Assembly: GCA_963721525.1 (NCBI GenBank)
Contig: CAVRJL010000015.1
Location: 163,672-227,671, forward strand
Source: an uncultured Negativicutes bacterium
Lineage (GTDB): Bacteria; Bacillota; Negativicutes; JBAXTZ01
Length of the DNA stretch: 64,000 nucleotides
Direction of reading: 5' to 3'
Made by a program: the position numbers and the translations under genes. Positions 1-11,371 of the stretch are shown in pieces (position 1 is the stretch's first letter; each line of letters opens with the position of its first letter). The notes under the pieces were generated by a model, which saw nothing but the letters and a program-made list of their open reading frames with translations, did no database searches and was not told the DNA's origin.

Positions 1-318
1 ACTAGCGCACCAGTAATTATCATTTCTAGGGTCATTTACTCGATACAAATTTGTATCTATTACTAATTTATTACATTGTTCATTAGGTAAATAATGTCTT
101 GGAAAAACATCTATAAGAGATCCAAATTGCTTACCTCCATTATAAAATGGCACCGAACAAGTCATTTCGATATCATTATCGTTTTCTCGCACGACTTCTA
201 AAGGAGTTCTTTTTTTTATAAGGAATATAAATTTAGCCTCACCTTGTATTTTAACAAATAAATACCAACACAAACAAATGAATATAAATATTAAAATTGT
301 AATTTGCATTGCTATCAT
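1..318 (-). CDS. Hypothetical membrane-anchored protein, 3' end outside the window
   Basis: Not in the ORF track. ATG at 318, directly after murI, and open to base 1: MIAMQITILIFIFICLCWYLFVKIQGEAKF...GKQFGSLIDVFPRHYLPNEQ...PRNDNYW. N-terminal hydrophobic helix. Confidence 0.7.
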   Translation of the reverse strand, partial: MIAMQITILIFIFICLCWYLFVKIQGEAKFIFLIKKRTPLEVVRENDNDIEMTCSVPFYNGGKQFGSLIDVFPRHYLPNEQCNKLVIDTNLYRVNDPRNDNYWCAS

Positions 319-325
319 ATATACT

Positions 326-1126
326 CTACTCCTTAAAAACTTTCTTTTGTATCATAAACTTTGTATTCAAATACTTATTTGCAATTTTCCGTACTATATT
401 TAAATTACCGCTAAAATATAACTTTGTTTTACCATAGCTCCTCTTATAGCTTAATATTTTTTTTTGAGCTAAACTTTTAAAAACATCATTCGCTGTATCT
501 ATTGATGGATCAACAAACCAAACTTTAGTATTAAAAAAATTTTTTAAGCTTTCTCTTATAAAAGAGTAGTGCGTACAAGCTAAAATGATCGTATCTACTT
601 GCGCTTTAATTAATGGGTTTGTATATTTTGTAAGCAATTTTTTAAAGTTTGTATCCATTATTTTATTTTTATCAATTGAATCAGCCCATCCAGGGCATGC
701 CTGTGAAAAAACACTTATAGAGTTATCTGCTTTTTTTATTTCCTTTTCATGATACTCACCCATTATAGTTGCTTGTGTGCTTAGAATACCTATTTTTTTG
801 TTTTTGGTCAAATCAACTGCCTGCTTTACTCCATTATTTACTCCAATTATTCCCACTTGCGAAAATTTTGTTCTCAAGCAATTTAAAGTGTTAATAGTTA
901 AAGTATTACAAGCTAAAACTATTAGCTTGCAGTTCTTAGAAAGTAAAAAGTCTGCAATTTCACAACCTATTTTTCTTAATTCGTTTTCTGGACGCGACCC
1001 AAATGGACATCTTGCACTATCCCCAAAATAAATATAATCCTCATTTGGCATAAATTTTATTAGTTGATTTAATATATTAAATCCCCCTATTCCTGAATCT
1101 AATACTCCTATAGGTAAATCCTTCAT
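326..1126 (-). CDS. murI: Glutamate racemase
   Basis: Motifs IGVLDSGIGG, GDSARCPFG, LACNT and LACTHY (two catalytic Cys). Confidence 0.96.
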   Translation of the reverse strand: MKDLPIGVLDSGIGGFNILNQLIKFMPNEDYIYFGDSARCPFGSRPENELRKIGCEIADFLLSKNCKLIVLACNTLTINTLNCLRTKFSQVGIIGVNNGVKQAVDLTKNKKIGILSTQATIMGEYHEKEIKKADNSISVFSQACPGWADSIDKNKIMDTNFKKLLTKYTNPLIKAQVDTIILACTHYSFIRESLKNFFNTKVWFVDPSIDTANDVFKSLAQKKILSYKRSYGKTKLYFSGNLNIVRKIANKYLNTKFMIQKKVFKE

Positions 1127-2022
1127 ATTATTTCTCTTTTCTTTTGTTAGCTATTTTTTAATGAATTCTCGCTTAAGTTCTACAAACAGATGTATTTAAC
1201 ATATTTAATAACAATTTTAATAATATCACGTCTTTAAAAAACGGCAACAATAAAAATTATTTTATTGTATCTTTTCTTTTAAATAACTACCAATAAACAA
1301 CCATAAAATATCTTATAACTGAAGTAAAAATACTCTAATCTTTTTATGAAAAAAAGTTAAGTTTATTTTTTTATAAACCTGTTTATACTTTAAATTCGAG
1401 TATTCCATCTAATAATAAAAATTTATGTTGTACAGTAAAAGCTACCGCATATGAGTATGAAGCTATTAATATTCTATATACAGTAAATTATCAGGATCAT
1501 ATCGATATAGATTATTATTATTATGAATGATATTTCCCTCTAAAATATTCTATAATTAATATTCTAAAGGTAATTAAATCATAACTTGATCTACCTTGAT
1601 CTACATTGTATAATTATGAAATTACTTAGATCCCTAGCAAAAACACTACCATTTATAAATAAATTATCCCCAGAAGATTTTTAAGCTGAAAGTTATTGGA
1701 AACAATTTTCTAATGAGCATTTCAGCACAAACATCGAAATAATTTCTTATAGAACAATTATTTTCCATCAACTGTTCTTGCCTAATTAAAAATATTTCTG
1801 AAAAATTATCTATTTCTATCTTTACTCTTTATCTCTAAACTGTGAAAAATTCAACTTCTTTTTATTCCACTAATATAAATTAAAAAGACGCTACTAATAC
1901 TCCTTTATATTTATCCATTAAAAATTTCCAATTTTTTTAATTTTTTATGAATAACTGAAACATTAATATAAAGAAAATATTTTTCTTCCACAAATAATTA
2001 GTCTTTTATAAATATAAAGTTT

Positions 2023-2098
2023 ATTTAAAGATCATAATTACCATTAATAACAGAAACAATTATATCCTCCAAATAACGAGTAATTATGATCTTTAAAT
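2023..2098. repeat. Perfect 19-bp inverted repeat with 38-bp spacer
   Basis: ATTTAAAGATCATAATTAC (2023-2041) and GTAATTATGATCTTTAAAT (2080-2098). Confidence 0.9.
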
Positions 2099-2568
2099 TC
2101 AACCATTTTTAATAATTTATTTTACTCTAACTTTTGATTTTAAGGTAATCAATCTTACTTTATTCAACAACACTACACGAAGTGTTCTCTGCTTTAAGAT
2201 CATTTGGTATCGTTATTTTACTTGTCAAATAATTATCGGTTATTTATATTTTTTCTTAGCTATATATGAATTATTTTTCGTCTGTAAAATACTTTTACCG
2301 GACTTATTTTTACCAATGATTGTATAAAATTATACATTGTTAATCCTAAGATTAATTACTTTTTAAGCACACATATACTTTTTTTAAAATGAAATAATTA
2401 TATATTTTCTTATAATATAATCATTTCGGAATTTTTCTTTTAACGACTACGATTTTCATATCCATATTCTTTAAATACTAAATTCACCAATAAAATATTA
2501 ATAACAATGAAAATACTATCTTTTGTTCTATTTGTTCTATTACTCAATACTTAACTTAAAAATTATTT

Positions 2569-2880
2569 TCAATTAATACTATTTAAATAAAACTTTATTA
2601 TTTTCATTATTTGGTTTTTAGTTATTCCTTCAATTTTCACCAACTTATTTCTACTTATTTTACCTTTTATTATACTTACAAATTTTTTATGTATTTTAAG
2701 CAACTCAGATAAAAACTCACAACAAGATTTATTGGCTTTTCCATTTACAGGTAATGATGACAAACTTATTTTTAGAGCATTGCCATACAAACCACAAATA
2801 GCATTTTTCTTCGAATTAGGCTGTAATTTTATTTTGAGTGTAACATATCTATCATATTCTTTTATTTGTAACATTATCAT
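2569..2880 (-). CDS. yggU: DUF167 / YggU family protein
   Basis: KIKLQPNSKKN, LKISLSSLPVNGKAN, IIKGKISRNKLVKI; lies in the yggS-sepF cluster. Confidence 0.88.
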   Translation of the reverse strand: MIMLQIKEYDRYVTLKIKLQPNSKKNAICGLYGNALKISLSSLPVNGKANKSCCEFLSELLKIHKKFVSIIKGKISRNKLVKIEGITKNQIMKIIKFYLNSIN

Positions 2881-3128
2881 AAACTAAAAAACTTACCTTT
2901 ATATGTTTAGTTCTAATAAATTTACTATTAGCGTATAAATCAATATTTTTATATTATACAGAAATAATTTGCGCAATAATGAAAAATTAAGAATTAAAAA
3001 ATTCGCTTATATTATATTTTTTAAAAAACAGTTTCAACTAAATTGCATAATTATGTTATTATATTATAATATATTTTTTTATTACTTCATAATAGCGTAA
3101 AATATTTTATCTAGTTGCCTTTATAAAT

Positions 3129-3581
3129 CTATTCCCATTCTTTACTTGTTTTAATATCAGTATTTTCAGGTACAAAAATAAAAGTAGTTGCACTTACTTT
3201 TTTTCCTGTTCCTCCAATAGTATAAACAGCCCCACTCATGAAATCTAATATACGTCTAGATATATCTTTGGAAGTTTCAGAACAATCAATAATTACCTGT
3301 TGATTTTTTTTTATACAATCTGCAGCTTTTTGCGCGTCTTCAAATTTTTCAGGTTGAATAACAACTAAATCTATATCTAACTTAGCGATATATTCTTGGA
3401 ATTTTTCTTTTTTTGTGCCATACACATAATTTTCTTCTAAATTTTTTACATTTCTAGATTTATCAATGTTTTTCTTGTCATCCAAACGATTGAATAAATA
3501 AGGTAATGAAGTATCTTTTCCCTTTTCATTTTCTTCTTCAATATCTTCTAATCCCAGTATTTTCCATATTTTTTTAAACAT
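3129..3581 (-). CDS. sepF: Cell division protein SepF
   Basis: PEKFEDAQKAADCIK...RRILDFMSGAVYTIGG...FIFVP; AGGAGG SD before the ATG at 3581; follows yggS. Confidence 0.93.
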   Translation of the reverse strand: MFKKIWKILGLEDIEEENEKGKDTSLPYLFNRLDDKKNIDKSRNVKNLEENYVYGTKKEKFQEYIAKLDIDLVVIQPEKFEDAQKAADCIKKNQQVIIDCSETSKDISRRILDFMSGAVYTIGGTGKKVSATTFIFVPENTDIKTSKEWE

Positions 3582-3594
3582 TTGTATATACCTC

Positions 3595-4275
3595 CTAGAA
3601 TCTAGCGCCAAAAATATTACTACCTATCCTTACCATGTTCGATCCTTCTTCAATAGCTATTTGGAAATCGGAGGACATACCCATTGAAAGATAAGTAATA
3701 TTATTATTTCCATAAATATTTTTAAATTTTTGAAATAAGCTATTCATATCGCTAAAACACCGTCTTATTTCTTCAGGATTTTTTGTATAAGGTGCTATTG
3801 CCATTAATCCTTTTAGTTTTACATACTTTAAAAGTAGGATTTTTTCAATTAAATTTTCGCTTTTTTCTTTATCTATACCATATTTTTGTTTTTCGTTTCC
3901 AATATTTATTTGAATCAGTACTTCCTGAAGTTTGTTTATCTTTTCAGCTTCTCTATTTAATTTTAAAGCTAAATAATCGCTGTCTACAGATTGTATGCAT
4001 CTAAAAATTTGTATAGCCTGTTTAACTTTATTTGTTTGCAAATGTCCTATTAAATGCCATTGCGTAGTTAAATTATTCTTTTCTTTTTTTAAAATTGCTT
4101 CCTGAACTTTGCTTTCACCAAAAATATTTACACCAAGATTCATCGCTTCAATAATAGAAGATGTTGAATAATTTTTACTTACAGCAACTAATTGTACGTT
4201 TCCATTATCAATTTTTCGATTATTATAAGCTTTTTCTATTTGTAAATAAATATTCTCTATCCTTTGTTTTAACAT
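3595..4275 (-). CDS. yggS: PLP homeostasis protein YggS/PipY
   Basis: LVAVSK, FGESKVQE, WHLIGHLQTNK, LSMGMSSDF, MVRIGSNIFG. Confidence 0.96.
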   Translation of the reverse strand: MLKQRIENIYLQIEKAYNNRKIDNGNVQLVAVSKNYSTSSIIEAMNLGVNIFGESKVQEAILKKEKNNLTTQWHLIGHLQTNKVKQAIQIFRCIQSVDSDYLALKLNREAEKINKLQEVLIQINIGNEKQKYGIDKEKSENLIEKILLLKYVKLKGLMAIAPYTKNPEEIRRCFSDMNSLFQKFKNIYGNNNITYLSMGMSSDFQIAIEEGSNMVRIGSNIFGARF

Positions 4276-4661
4276 AATTATTTTAACAACCTTTTAGAAA
4301 AATTTTATTTTTTAAAAAAATAATTATTAAAAAGTGGCCTGTATCTTTTTACTCTTTTCTGCAAAAAATATTTCATTATTATAATAAATACATATATCTT
4401 CTTTTTATATATTTTTATTATGTAGGCCTATATTTTTATAGTTATTCATTTATTTTAACAGTTTTTTATGCTTATCAACAATAATTTGTTCCTTATTCCC
4501 TATGTTAAATCCCATATTCTAGTTATCTAATCTATTTTTGTTTAAAAAACCTAAATAAGTGGATAATGCATTCTTTAAATTATATTTATTTAATAAATAT
4601 AATTTGTCTAACCAACAATTAACCCATACTTTTCTACATTGCATAACTTAAAAATCAAAAA

Positions 4662-5180
4662 TTAAATTTTCAATGAAAAATCAGCGTTTATTATCTTTCT
4701 TTTTAATAAGCTTTCTTGCACATCGATAATTTTTTGATTGCGAGATCCTCTATAAGCTAATTGTAAATCGCGTTCACTTTTTATGTATTTCCCATCTATA
4801 ATCCAATCCGTAAATTGTAATAATTTTAATATAGAAATATCCTTTTCTCCTAATTTCAATAATTGTTCATAACAATAACCTGTATAAATTAATAAATTAT
4901 ATTTCTTATTGTTTTTAATATAAGATGCTAAATTAAGCAACTTATACGCTTGTAAAAAAGGTTCTCCTCCCGAAAAAGTTACTCCACGTATTAATCTAGC
5001 TTTATCAATTATATTTATAAGTTCTTTTTCTTGAAATTCCTGTCCACCTAATAAACTATGTGTATCCGGATTATGACAATTCGGACAATTATGTAAACAA
5101 CCTTGAAAAAAAATAACCAATCTTAATCCTGGTCCATCAACTACACTTTCATTAACAATTCCTGATACTCTAATAAACAT
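4662..5180 (-). CDS. nrdG: Anaerobic ribonucleotide reductase activating enzyme (radical SAM)
   Basis: [20 protein letters not shown] (CxxxCxxC), [14 protein letters not shown]. Confidence 0.96.
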   Translation of the reverse strand: MFIRVSGIVNESVVDGPGLRLVIFFQGCLHNCPNCHNPDTHSLLGGQEFQEKELINIIDKARLIRGVTFSGGEPFLQAYKLLNLASYIKNNKKYNLLIYTGYCYEQLLKLGEKDISILKLLQFTDWIIDGKYIKSERDLQLAYRGSRNQKIIDVQESLLKRKIINADFSLKI

Positions 5181-5206
5181 ACTTCCCCACATAAATTATA
5201 TCTTTA

Positions 5207-7153
5207 TTATTTATTCTTTATTTTAATAGTACTTTTTAAAGGGACACAACATATAGGACAACCATTATCTTGGATTAGCCCAAAGTATTTGCAATTTACG
5301 CAAAAATCAACCGGGAAATTTATTCCTGCATAACCTATATCGCAATTTTTCATATGCTTTAATAAATCTTCTACCGCTTCATAATTATTAATCGGTGAAG
5401 ATACAAGCTCTACATAACTTATATGTCCAGCATTCGTATATTTATGGAACGCTCCTTCAATCTTTATTTTTTCGAAAGCACTTATGTTGTATTTTACAGG
5501 AATATGAAAGGAATTTGTATAATAATCTTTATCAGTAATTTTGTCTATTATACCAAATTTTTCTTTATCAATCTTAACAAATCTACCTGCTAATCCTTCG
5601 GCTGGAGTAGCAAGAAGAGTATAGTTCAACTTATAATAATTTGTGTATTCGTCTGTTTTTTTACGCATATAAGATAAAATTTTTTGTCCTAATTTATGAG
5701 CGTCTTCATCTTCTCCATGGTGTTTTCCTTCCAAACCAATTAAAGTTTCTGCTAACCCTATAAATCCTATTGACAAAGAACCATTTTTTATGGCATTTTG
5801 TATATAACTATCTACTTTTAAATTTTCCGACCCTAAATATAACTTTTGTCCCATTAAAAAAGGCATATCTTTAACTTTTAATTTAGCCTGTATATTATAT
5901 CTATGAAATAATTGCCTGGCTGTAAGATTCAATATTTCATCAAGTAGTTTGAAAAATATATCTATATTCCCTTTGGCTTTAAGTGCAATTCTAGGTAAAT
6001 TTACAGTAGTAAAACTTAAATTTCCCCTACCGTCTGTTTGTTCTAATCCGTTTATATTGGAAATTACGCGTGTACGACAACCCATGTATGCTATATCTGT
6101 TCCATAAGCAGAATTAAAAGAAGAGTCCATAAAACTAAATGTAGGATTAAGTCTACGGGATGCAACTCTGATAGCTAACCGAAATAAATCATAATTAGGA
6201 TCTGACTTATTAAAGTTTATACCTTCTTTAATTCTAAAAATAATGTTAGGGAAAATAGGACTTTCTCCATGTCCTAATCCTTTTTCATAGGCCAAAAGAA
6301 TGCCTTTTGTTACAGCTCTGGCCGCAAAAGACGTTTCACATCCTAAATTTAAACTGGAGAATGGAACTTGAGCACCTGCCCTACTATGCATACTATTTAA
6401 ATTATAAATTAAAGCTTCCATAGCTTGATAAATTTCATTTTCATTAGCATTAAACATAAAAGGAGCCATATCGCGATCAAAAAAAGCAAAAGACTGTCCT
6501 CCATGCATATCGTTTTGAGAACTTTGCAGTATTATTGCTGCTAACGCTGTTGCCGAAGCTGGCCTTTTAGGCGAACGAATATAACCATGCCCTGTATCAA
6601 AACCTAATCGTAAAAGTTTTCCTAAAGGTATTTGAATACATGTAAGGGTTTTAGCATAAAAGTCTAAATCATGAATATGTATATCTCCATTAATATGTGC
6701 GTTTGCCATTTCTTCAGGTATCAACCTATGTAAATAATAAGCTTTTGATGCAACTGATGCTATTTGCAGCATTTTAGCTGAAGGAGAATTCGAAATATTA
6801 GCATTTTCTTTACTTGTTTCAATTAAAATTTCTGAAACAGCGTCCATCAAATCAGATTTACATTCTCGAATACGATTTCTACGGTTTCGATATAATATAT
6901 AAGCTTTAGCAGTTTTGGCATGTCCAGTATCTATAAGTATTTTTTCTACTGCATCCTGTATCTGCTCAACAGAAAAAATTTTTCCACTATATATGGTAGT
7001 TTTTAAATAATCCAGAACCACGCCAGTAAGCTCAATTGCTTGTTGTTTATTTTCTCCTCCTATATATTCGGCTGCAGCAAAAATGGCTCTACTTATTTTA
7101 TTTATATTAAATTCTACAATTCTGCCATCTCGTTTTTTTATATGCGAAAACAT
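5207..7153 (-). CDS. nrdD: Class III ribonucleoside-triphosphate reductase large subunit, C-terminal glycyl-radical loop absent
   Basis: N-terminal ATP cone (IKKRDGR), HIHDLDF, TLTCIQ, YMGCRT, GRGNLSFTTVNLPR, YYTNSFH, C-terminal Zn site CVNC..CPIC, then a stop with no RxxGY motif. Confidence 0.93.
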   Translation of the reverse strand: MFSHIKKRDGRIVEFNINKISRAIFAAAEYIGGENKQQAIELTGVVLDYLKTTIYSGKIFSVEQIQDAVEKILIDTGHAKTAKAYILYRNRRNRIRECKSDLMDAVSEILIETSKENANISNSPSAKMLQIASVASKAYYLHRLIPEEMANAHINGDIHIHDLDFYAKTLTCIQIPLGKLLRLGFDTGHGYIRSPKRPASATALAAIILQSSQNDMHGGQSFAFFDRDMAPFMFNANENEIYQAMEALIYNLNSMHSRAGAQVPFSSLNLGCETSFAARAVTKGILLAYEKGLGHGESPIFPNIIFRIKEGINFNKSDPNYDLFRLAIRVASRRLNPTFSFMDSSFNSAYGTDIAYMGCRTRVISNINGLEQTDGRGNLSFTTVNLPRIALKAKGNIDIFFKLLDEILNLTARQLFHRYNIQAKLKVKDMPFLMGQKLYLGSENLKVDSYIQNAIKNGSLSIGFIGLAETLIGLEGKHHGEDEDAHKLGQKILSYMRKKTDEYTNYYKLNYTLLATPAEGLAGRFVKIDKEKFGIIDKITDKDYYTNSFHIPVKYNISAFEKIKIEGAFHKYTNAGHISYVELVSSPINNYEAVEDLLKHMKNCDIGYAGINFPVDFCVNCKYFGLIQDNGCPICCVPLKSTIKIKNK

Positions 7154-7671
7154 TTATATTTTACCTGCTTTTGCTTTCATATTTTATTTCCCAATTGCAA
7201 ATATTTTACTATTAATATAAAATTTACTATGCTTTCATATTGCTTGCAAATTGAAAGCAAAACGTACACAAAATACTTTATCAATGCTTTATAAATTATT
7301 TTCCTTATTGCCTAACTTATTATTTCACCTCAATAAATATTACATATTTTCCGCCTTTCTTCTCAATTTAATAACCAAATTTTTAATAAAATCATTTGAG
7401 GGTTATACTTTTGTTCAATAAACAAATAATTTCACAAAATCTATCATTTCTTACTACTAAAAAATTTACTTATTTTATTGACTTATATGGTGTAAATATT
7501 TTATCGTAACGCAAACATTTGAAATGGCTTCTAACGGGATTTTTTTAATATGCAACACTTAATTTACTACTTTTATATCAGATATATATTAATAAAAAGA
7601 AAATATATAAACAACTCTAAAAACATATTTCAAACAAAATTTCTACATGTAAACTATATATAGCACTTTAA

Positions 7672-7707
7672 AAAATGTTATATACTGTAAAATGTTATAT
7701 ACTGTAA
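7672..7707. repeat. Tandem duplication of a 17-bp unit
   Basis: AAAATGTTATATACTGT x2 between tRNA-Ile2 and nrdD. Confidence 0.85.
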
Positions 7708-7823
7708 TTTGCGTTTTAAAGGTAACTATATTTATTTTCTAAATTTATATTATAATTAATTAATAAAATTATAATTTACTGATAAAAGTAGAAAAGGAAA
7801 GCTCTCGCTTTCCTTATTTTTTA

Positions 7824-7898
7824 TGGTGGGCCTACCTGGAATCGAACCAGGGGCCAACCGGTTATGAGCCGGTTGCTCTACCGCTGAGCTATAGGCCC
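7824..7898 (-). tRNA. tRNA with CAT anticodon, probably tRNA-Ile2 (lysidine)
   Basis: GGGCCTATAGCTCAGCGGTAGAGCA ACCGG-CTCATAA-CCGGT ...GGTTCGATTCC...GGCCCACCA. The acceptor stem resembles Ile2 rather than fMet. Confidence 0.9.
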
Positions 7899-7950
7899 AT
7901 TCGCCTAACACAAAATTTATTATATACATTTCAGCATATATAGTCAATAA

Positions 7951-9069
7951 TTAATCTAAAAAATCTCTTAGTTTTTTACTTCTAGTGGGATGCCTTAATT
8001 TTCTCAAAGCTTTAGCTTCAATTTGCCTAATGCGTTCCCTTGTTACACCAAAATATTTACCCACATCCTCCAATGTTCTAGATTTACCATCCCTTAAACC
8101 AAATCTTAACTGTAAAACTTTTTTTTCTCTTTCTGTTAAAGTTTCTAATACTTCTTCTAATTGCTCTTTCATTAACACGAAGGAAGCTTCTTCATTAGGT
8201 GCTATTGCTTCATGGTCTTCAATAAAATCTCCCAAATGAGAATCTTCTTCTTCTCCAATAGGAGTCTCTAATGAAACAGGTTCTTGAGCTATTTTCATAA
8301 TTTCTCGAATTTTATCTTCGCTAATACCCATTTCCTTAGCTATTTCTTCTACATTTGGATCTCTACCGAAACTTTGCAATAAATGCCTTGAAATACGCAT
8401 AAACTTATTTATCGTTTCAACCATATGTACAGGTATCCTTATTGTACGCGCTTGATCGGCGATTGCTCTTGTAATAGCCTGCCTAATCCACCAGGTAGCA
8501 TATGTACTAAATTTATATCCTTTTTTATAGTCGAATTTTTCCACAGCTTTTATTAAGCCAAGGTTACCTTCCTGAATTAAATCTAAAAAAAGCATACCGC
8601 GACCTACATATCTTTTAGCGATACTTACTACTAACCTTAGATTTGCTTCAGCTAATTCGTTTTTTGCTTTTTCGTCGCCTTCTTGAATTCTCATTGCTAA
8701 AGATATTTCTTCATCAGCTTTTAATAAAGAAACTTTTCCTATCTCTTTTAAATACATTCTTACAGGATCATCAATATTTGTTACCTGAAGAATACTTAAA
8801 TCTACATTATCTATTTTAAGTTGATTTTCATTTACCAAAACTTTATCGATTTTTTCAATCAAAGAATCATCGGACAATCCATTAGTAACTTCTTTTCCCA
8901 TATTTTTCAACTCATTAAGTAAAGCATCCATATCTTCAGGTAAAAATTCATCGGGAATTACATTATTAATATCATCAAAACTAACCTGATTATTTTTTTG
9001 AGCGGCTATATCTATTAATTTTTTTAGTAAGTAGTTATATTTATTATTTCTTTTTTCATTCTCTTTCAT
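7951..9069 (-). CDS. rpoD: RNA polymerase primary sigma factor
   Basis: [71 protein letters not shown]. Confidence 0.99.
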   Translation of the reverse strand: MKENEKRNNKYNYLLKKLIDIAAQKNNQVSFDDINNVIPDEFLPEDMDALLNELKNMGKEVTNGLSDDSLIEKIDKVLVNENQLKIDNVDLSILQVTNIDDPVRMYLKEIGKVSLLKADEEISLAMRIQEGDEKAKNELAEANLRLVVSIAKRYVGRGMLFLDLIQEGNLGLIKAVEKFDYKKGYKFSTYATWWIRQAITRAIADQARTIRIPVHMVETINKFMRISRHLLQSFGRDPNVEEIAKEMGISEDKIREIMKIAQEPVSLETPIGEEEDSHLGDFIEDHEAIAPNEEASFVLMKEQLEEVLETLTEREKKVLQLRFGLRDGKSRTLEDVGKYFGVTRERIRQIEAKALRKLRHPTRSKKLRDFLD

Positions 9070-10885
9070 TGTCTCCTCCGTTCAATAAAACAATCTTTTT
9101 ATTTTTCAATAATTCTTTTTCCTCGCTTAGTTTAGCCGCAATCCTAAATTTTTCAATATACTGTTCGTTACCTTGTTTTTCTAATAATTCAGCTTCTATT
9201 ATATGCATATTTATCCTATTTTCTAAATTAAATAAATATCTTCTGAGAAAAAAATCATCAATAAAATTTTTTAAATCTTGCTTGCAATCATCTAAACTCG
9301 TACTCGTTAAAATTTCTGAAAATAAAGAATTAAAGTTTTTATCAAGATCCAAAAACATCTGTGAATCAGATAAAAATTTTCTATTTTTTACATAAATTAC
9401 ATATATATATTCCCATAAGGATCTCGTATTTTTTGAAAGAAAATTACTCGTCTTTAGATATTCACAAATTTTACCTCTTAAATGTTCGTTTTCAAGGAAA
9501 ATACGAATTATTTTCTTTTCTTCCTTTTCTTGTTTATCAATTTTAGTAGCTACTTCTTTCAATAAACGCTTATTAAAATATTTATTTTTCCCCCTTATTT
9601 TATTATATTCTTCAATAATTAATTTTTCAGATATTTTTAATTTATTAGAAACTAAAGGCAAATAACTCTCCACTTCTATTTTATTAGGATATAAACAAAA
9701 AAAGTTTAATATATTATTAAGTGCCTTAGCTTGATTATCTAAATCAAAGCTTTTCATTGATTTTACGTTGTCCTCAATCATAAATTCCAGCACACTAAAA
9801 GTATTATTCATTAAATTTAAAAATTTTTCTTTACCAAATGTTCGAACATATTCATCCGGATCTTTAGCATCAACAATAGTAATCGGAAAAACTTTTACTC
9901 CACTATGTTTAATGGCATCATACGCTTTTAATGTCGCAGCCCGTCCTGCGGGGTCATTATCATATGCAAAATATATAGATGATGAAAATTTGGAAGCGAG
10001 TGCCGCTTGGCGAGCTGAAAAAGCAGTTCCCATTGTTCCTACCGTATTTTTTATACCATAACTATGCAAGATGATAACATCAAAATAACCCTCTACTATA
10101 ATAAGTTTGTTTGTTTCGCGTGCAGCAATACCCGCAATATTCAATCCATATAAGCAGTTTCTCTTGCTAAATAACTCCGTATCAGGTGTATTTAAATATT
10201 TGGGTTGAACATCAGTTATTTTTCTGCCACCAAATCCTACTATCCTATTCATCAAATCGAATATTGGTATTATTATTCTATCTCGAAATATATCGACATT
10301 TCTATTAATTAATTTTTTTTTACTTAAACCTGCTCTTACTAAAATATCAGCTTGGATATTTCGCTTAATCAATGATTGAGTTAGCTTGTCGTAAAAATTT
10401 GGGGCATAACCTATCTTAAATTGTTCTATTATTTTTAAGTTGATTCCTCTTTTTTTTAAATATTCCAATGCTTTCTTACCATAATTTGTTTTTAATAAAC
10501 AAGCATGAAAAAAATCACTTGCTAATAAATTAGCTTTTACTATTTCATTTCTTTCATTTTCAGCTTTTATATTTTTAGAATTTACTTGTGGTAAACTTAT
10601 TCTAAATCGTCTGGCTAAATTATACACAATATCAATAAAAGGCCTATTTTCTATCAGTGTTAAAAATTTAAATATGTCGCCTCCTATTTGACAACCAAAA
10701 CAATAGAATAGTTTTTTTTCGCTGTTAATCGAAAAAGAAGGAGTTTTTTCATTATGAAAAGGACAACAACCCCAAAAATTACGCCCTCTTTTTTCTAAAA
10801 CAACATATTCAGATATTAAATCTACAATATCAGCTATCTCCTTAATTTCAGAAACCGCGCAAATAAAGGCCGAATCAAGTGACAT
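9056..10885 (-). CDS. dnaG: DNA primase
   Basis: [11 protein letters not shown]...CFGC zinc finger, PKYLNTP, VEGYFDV, YDNDPAG, KDPDEY. Confidence 0.98.
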   Translation of the reverse strand: MSLDSAFICAVSEIKEIADIVDLISEYVVLEKRGRNFWGCCPFHNEKTPSFSINSEKKLFYCFGCQIGGDIFKFLTLIENRPFIDIVYNLARRFRISLPQVNSKNIKAENERNEIVKANLLASDFFHACLLKTNYGKKALEYLKKRGINLKIIEQFKIGYAPNFYDKLTQSLIKRNIQADILVRAGLSKKKLINRNVDIFRDRIIIPIFDLMNRIVGFGGRKITDVQPKYLNTPDTELFSKRNCLYGLNIAGIAARETNKLIIVEGYFDVIILHSYGIKNTVGTMGTAFSARQAALASKFSSSIYFAYDNDPAGRAATLKAYDAIKHSGVKVFPITIVDAKDPDEYVRTFGKEKFLNLMNNTFSVLEFMIEDNVKSMKSFDLDNQAKALNNILNFFCLYPNKIEVESYLPLVSNKLKISEKLIIEEYNKIRGKNKYFNKRLLKEVATKIDKQEKEEKKIIRIFLENEHLRGKICEYLKTSNFLSKNTRSLWEYIYVIYVKNRKFLSDSQMFLDLDKNFNSLFSEILTSTSLDDCKQDLKNFIDDFFLRRYLFNLENRINMHIIEAELLEKQGNEQYIEKFRIAAKLSEEKELLKNKKIVLLNGGDNERE

Positions 10886-11099
10886 AATACCTCTTAAATT
10901 TTAAATAATAAAATATATATTGTTATAATTACAGTTATTGTATATTAATTCTACGATACATTCTGTTATTGCAGATAACTATCTTTTAAACCTACAAAGT
11001 AAAGCAAAAGTCAAGTTTTCCTCCCTATAATTTAAAATTTCTCCTATGACTTATTGAATTAAATTTAATCCGTTTTTTTCTTTTGATAGAATTCAATAT

Positions 11100-11340
11100 T
11101 CCTATATTTTACTCATTATGATTAAAACGTCTTACTTTTCTTGTAGGTTACAAATCTTTTTTCTGTGCTATGTCCGAAAGTAGTATGCTTTACACATAAC
11201 TAAGTGGCTGCTACACTTTCAATTAAACTTTAGTTTAAACACAAATCATACGCGCTCATTACCATAATTTACGCAACCACTAAACAATTAAACGAGTTCG
11301 ATGATGATTATCATATTTTGATAAAAACTTGTTCTCATTT
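11100..11340 (-). pseudogene. dgt: Decayed deoxyguanosinetriphosphate triphosphohydrolase remnant
   Basis: Minus-strand fragments EQVFI / DNHHRTRL / VVA*I...LCLN*SLIESVA...HTTFGHSTE align in order with the dGTPase motif TQVF..DHYRTRL..LEVAQI..LNEDL.EAIA..HTPFGH.GE. Contains stops and a frameshift; sits at the usual position upstream of dnaG. Boundaries approximate. Confidence 0.72.
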
Positions 11341-11371
11341 AATTCATTTTGCTCTCTTAATAATTATAAAA

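Noticed and set aside
1560-1700. Fragment SGDNLFINGSVFARDL resembling an MBL-fold hydrolase remnant
   Set aside because: One short weak match without other supporting motifs.
7651-7666. NrdR-box-like palindrome AAACTATATATAGCAC
   Set aside because: Single, imperfect, ~500 bp from the nrdD start, and easily produced by chance in AT-rich DNA.
7756-7947. 63-aa ORF after rpoD
   Set aside because: Overlaps the tRNA gene; spurious.
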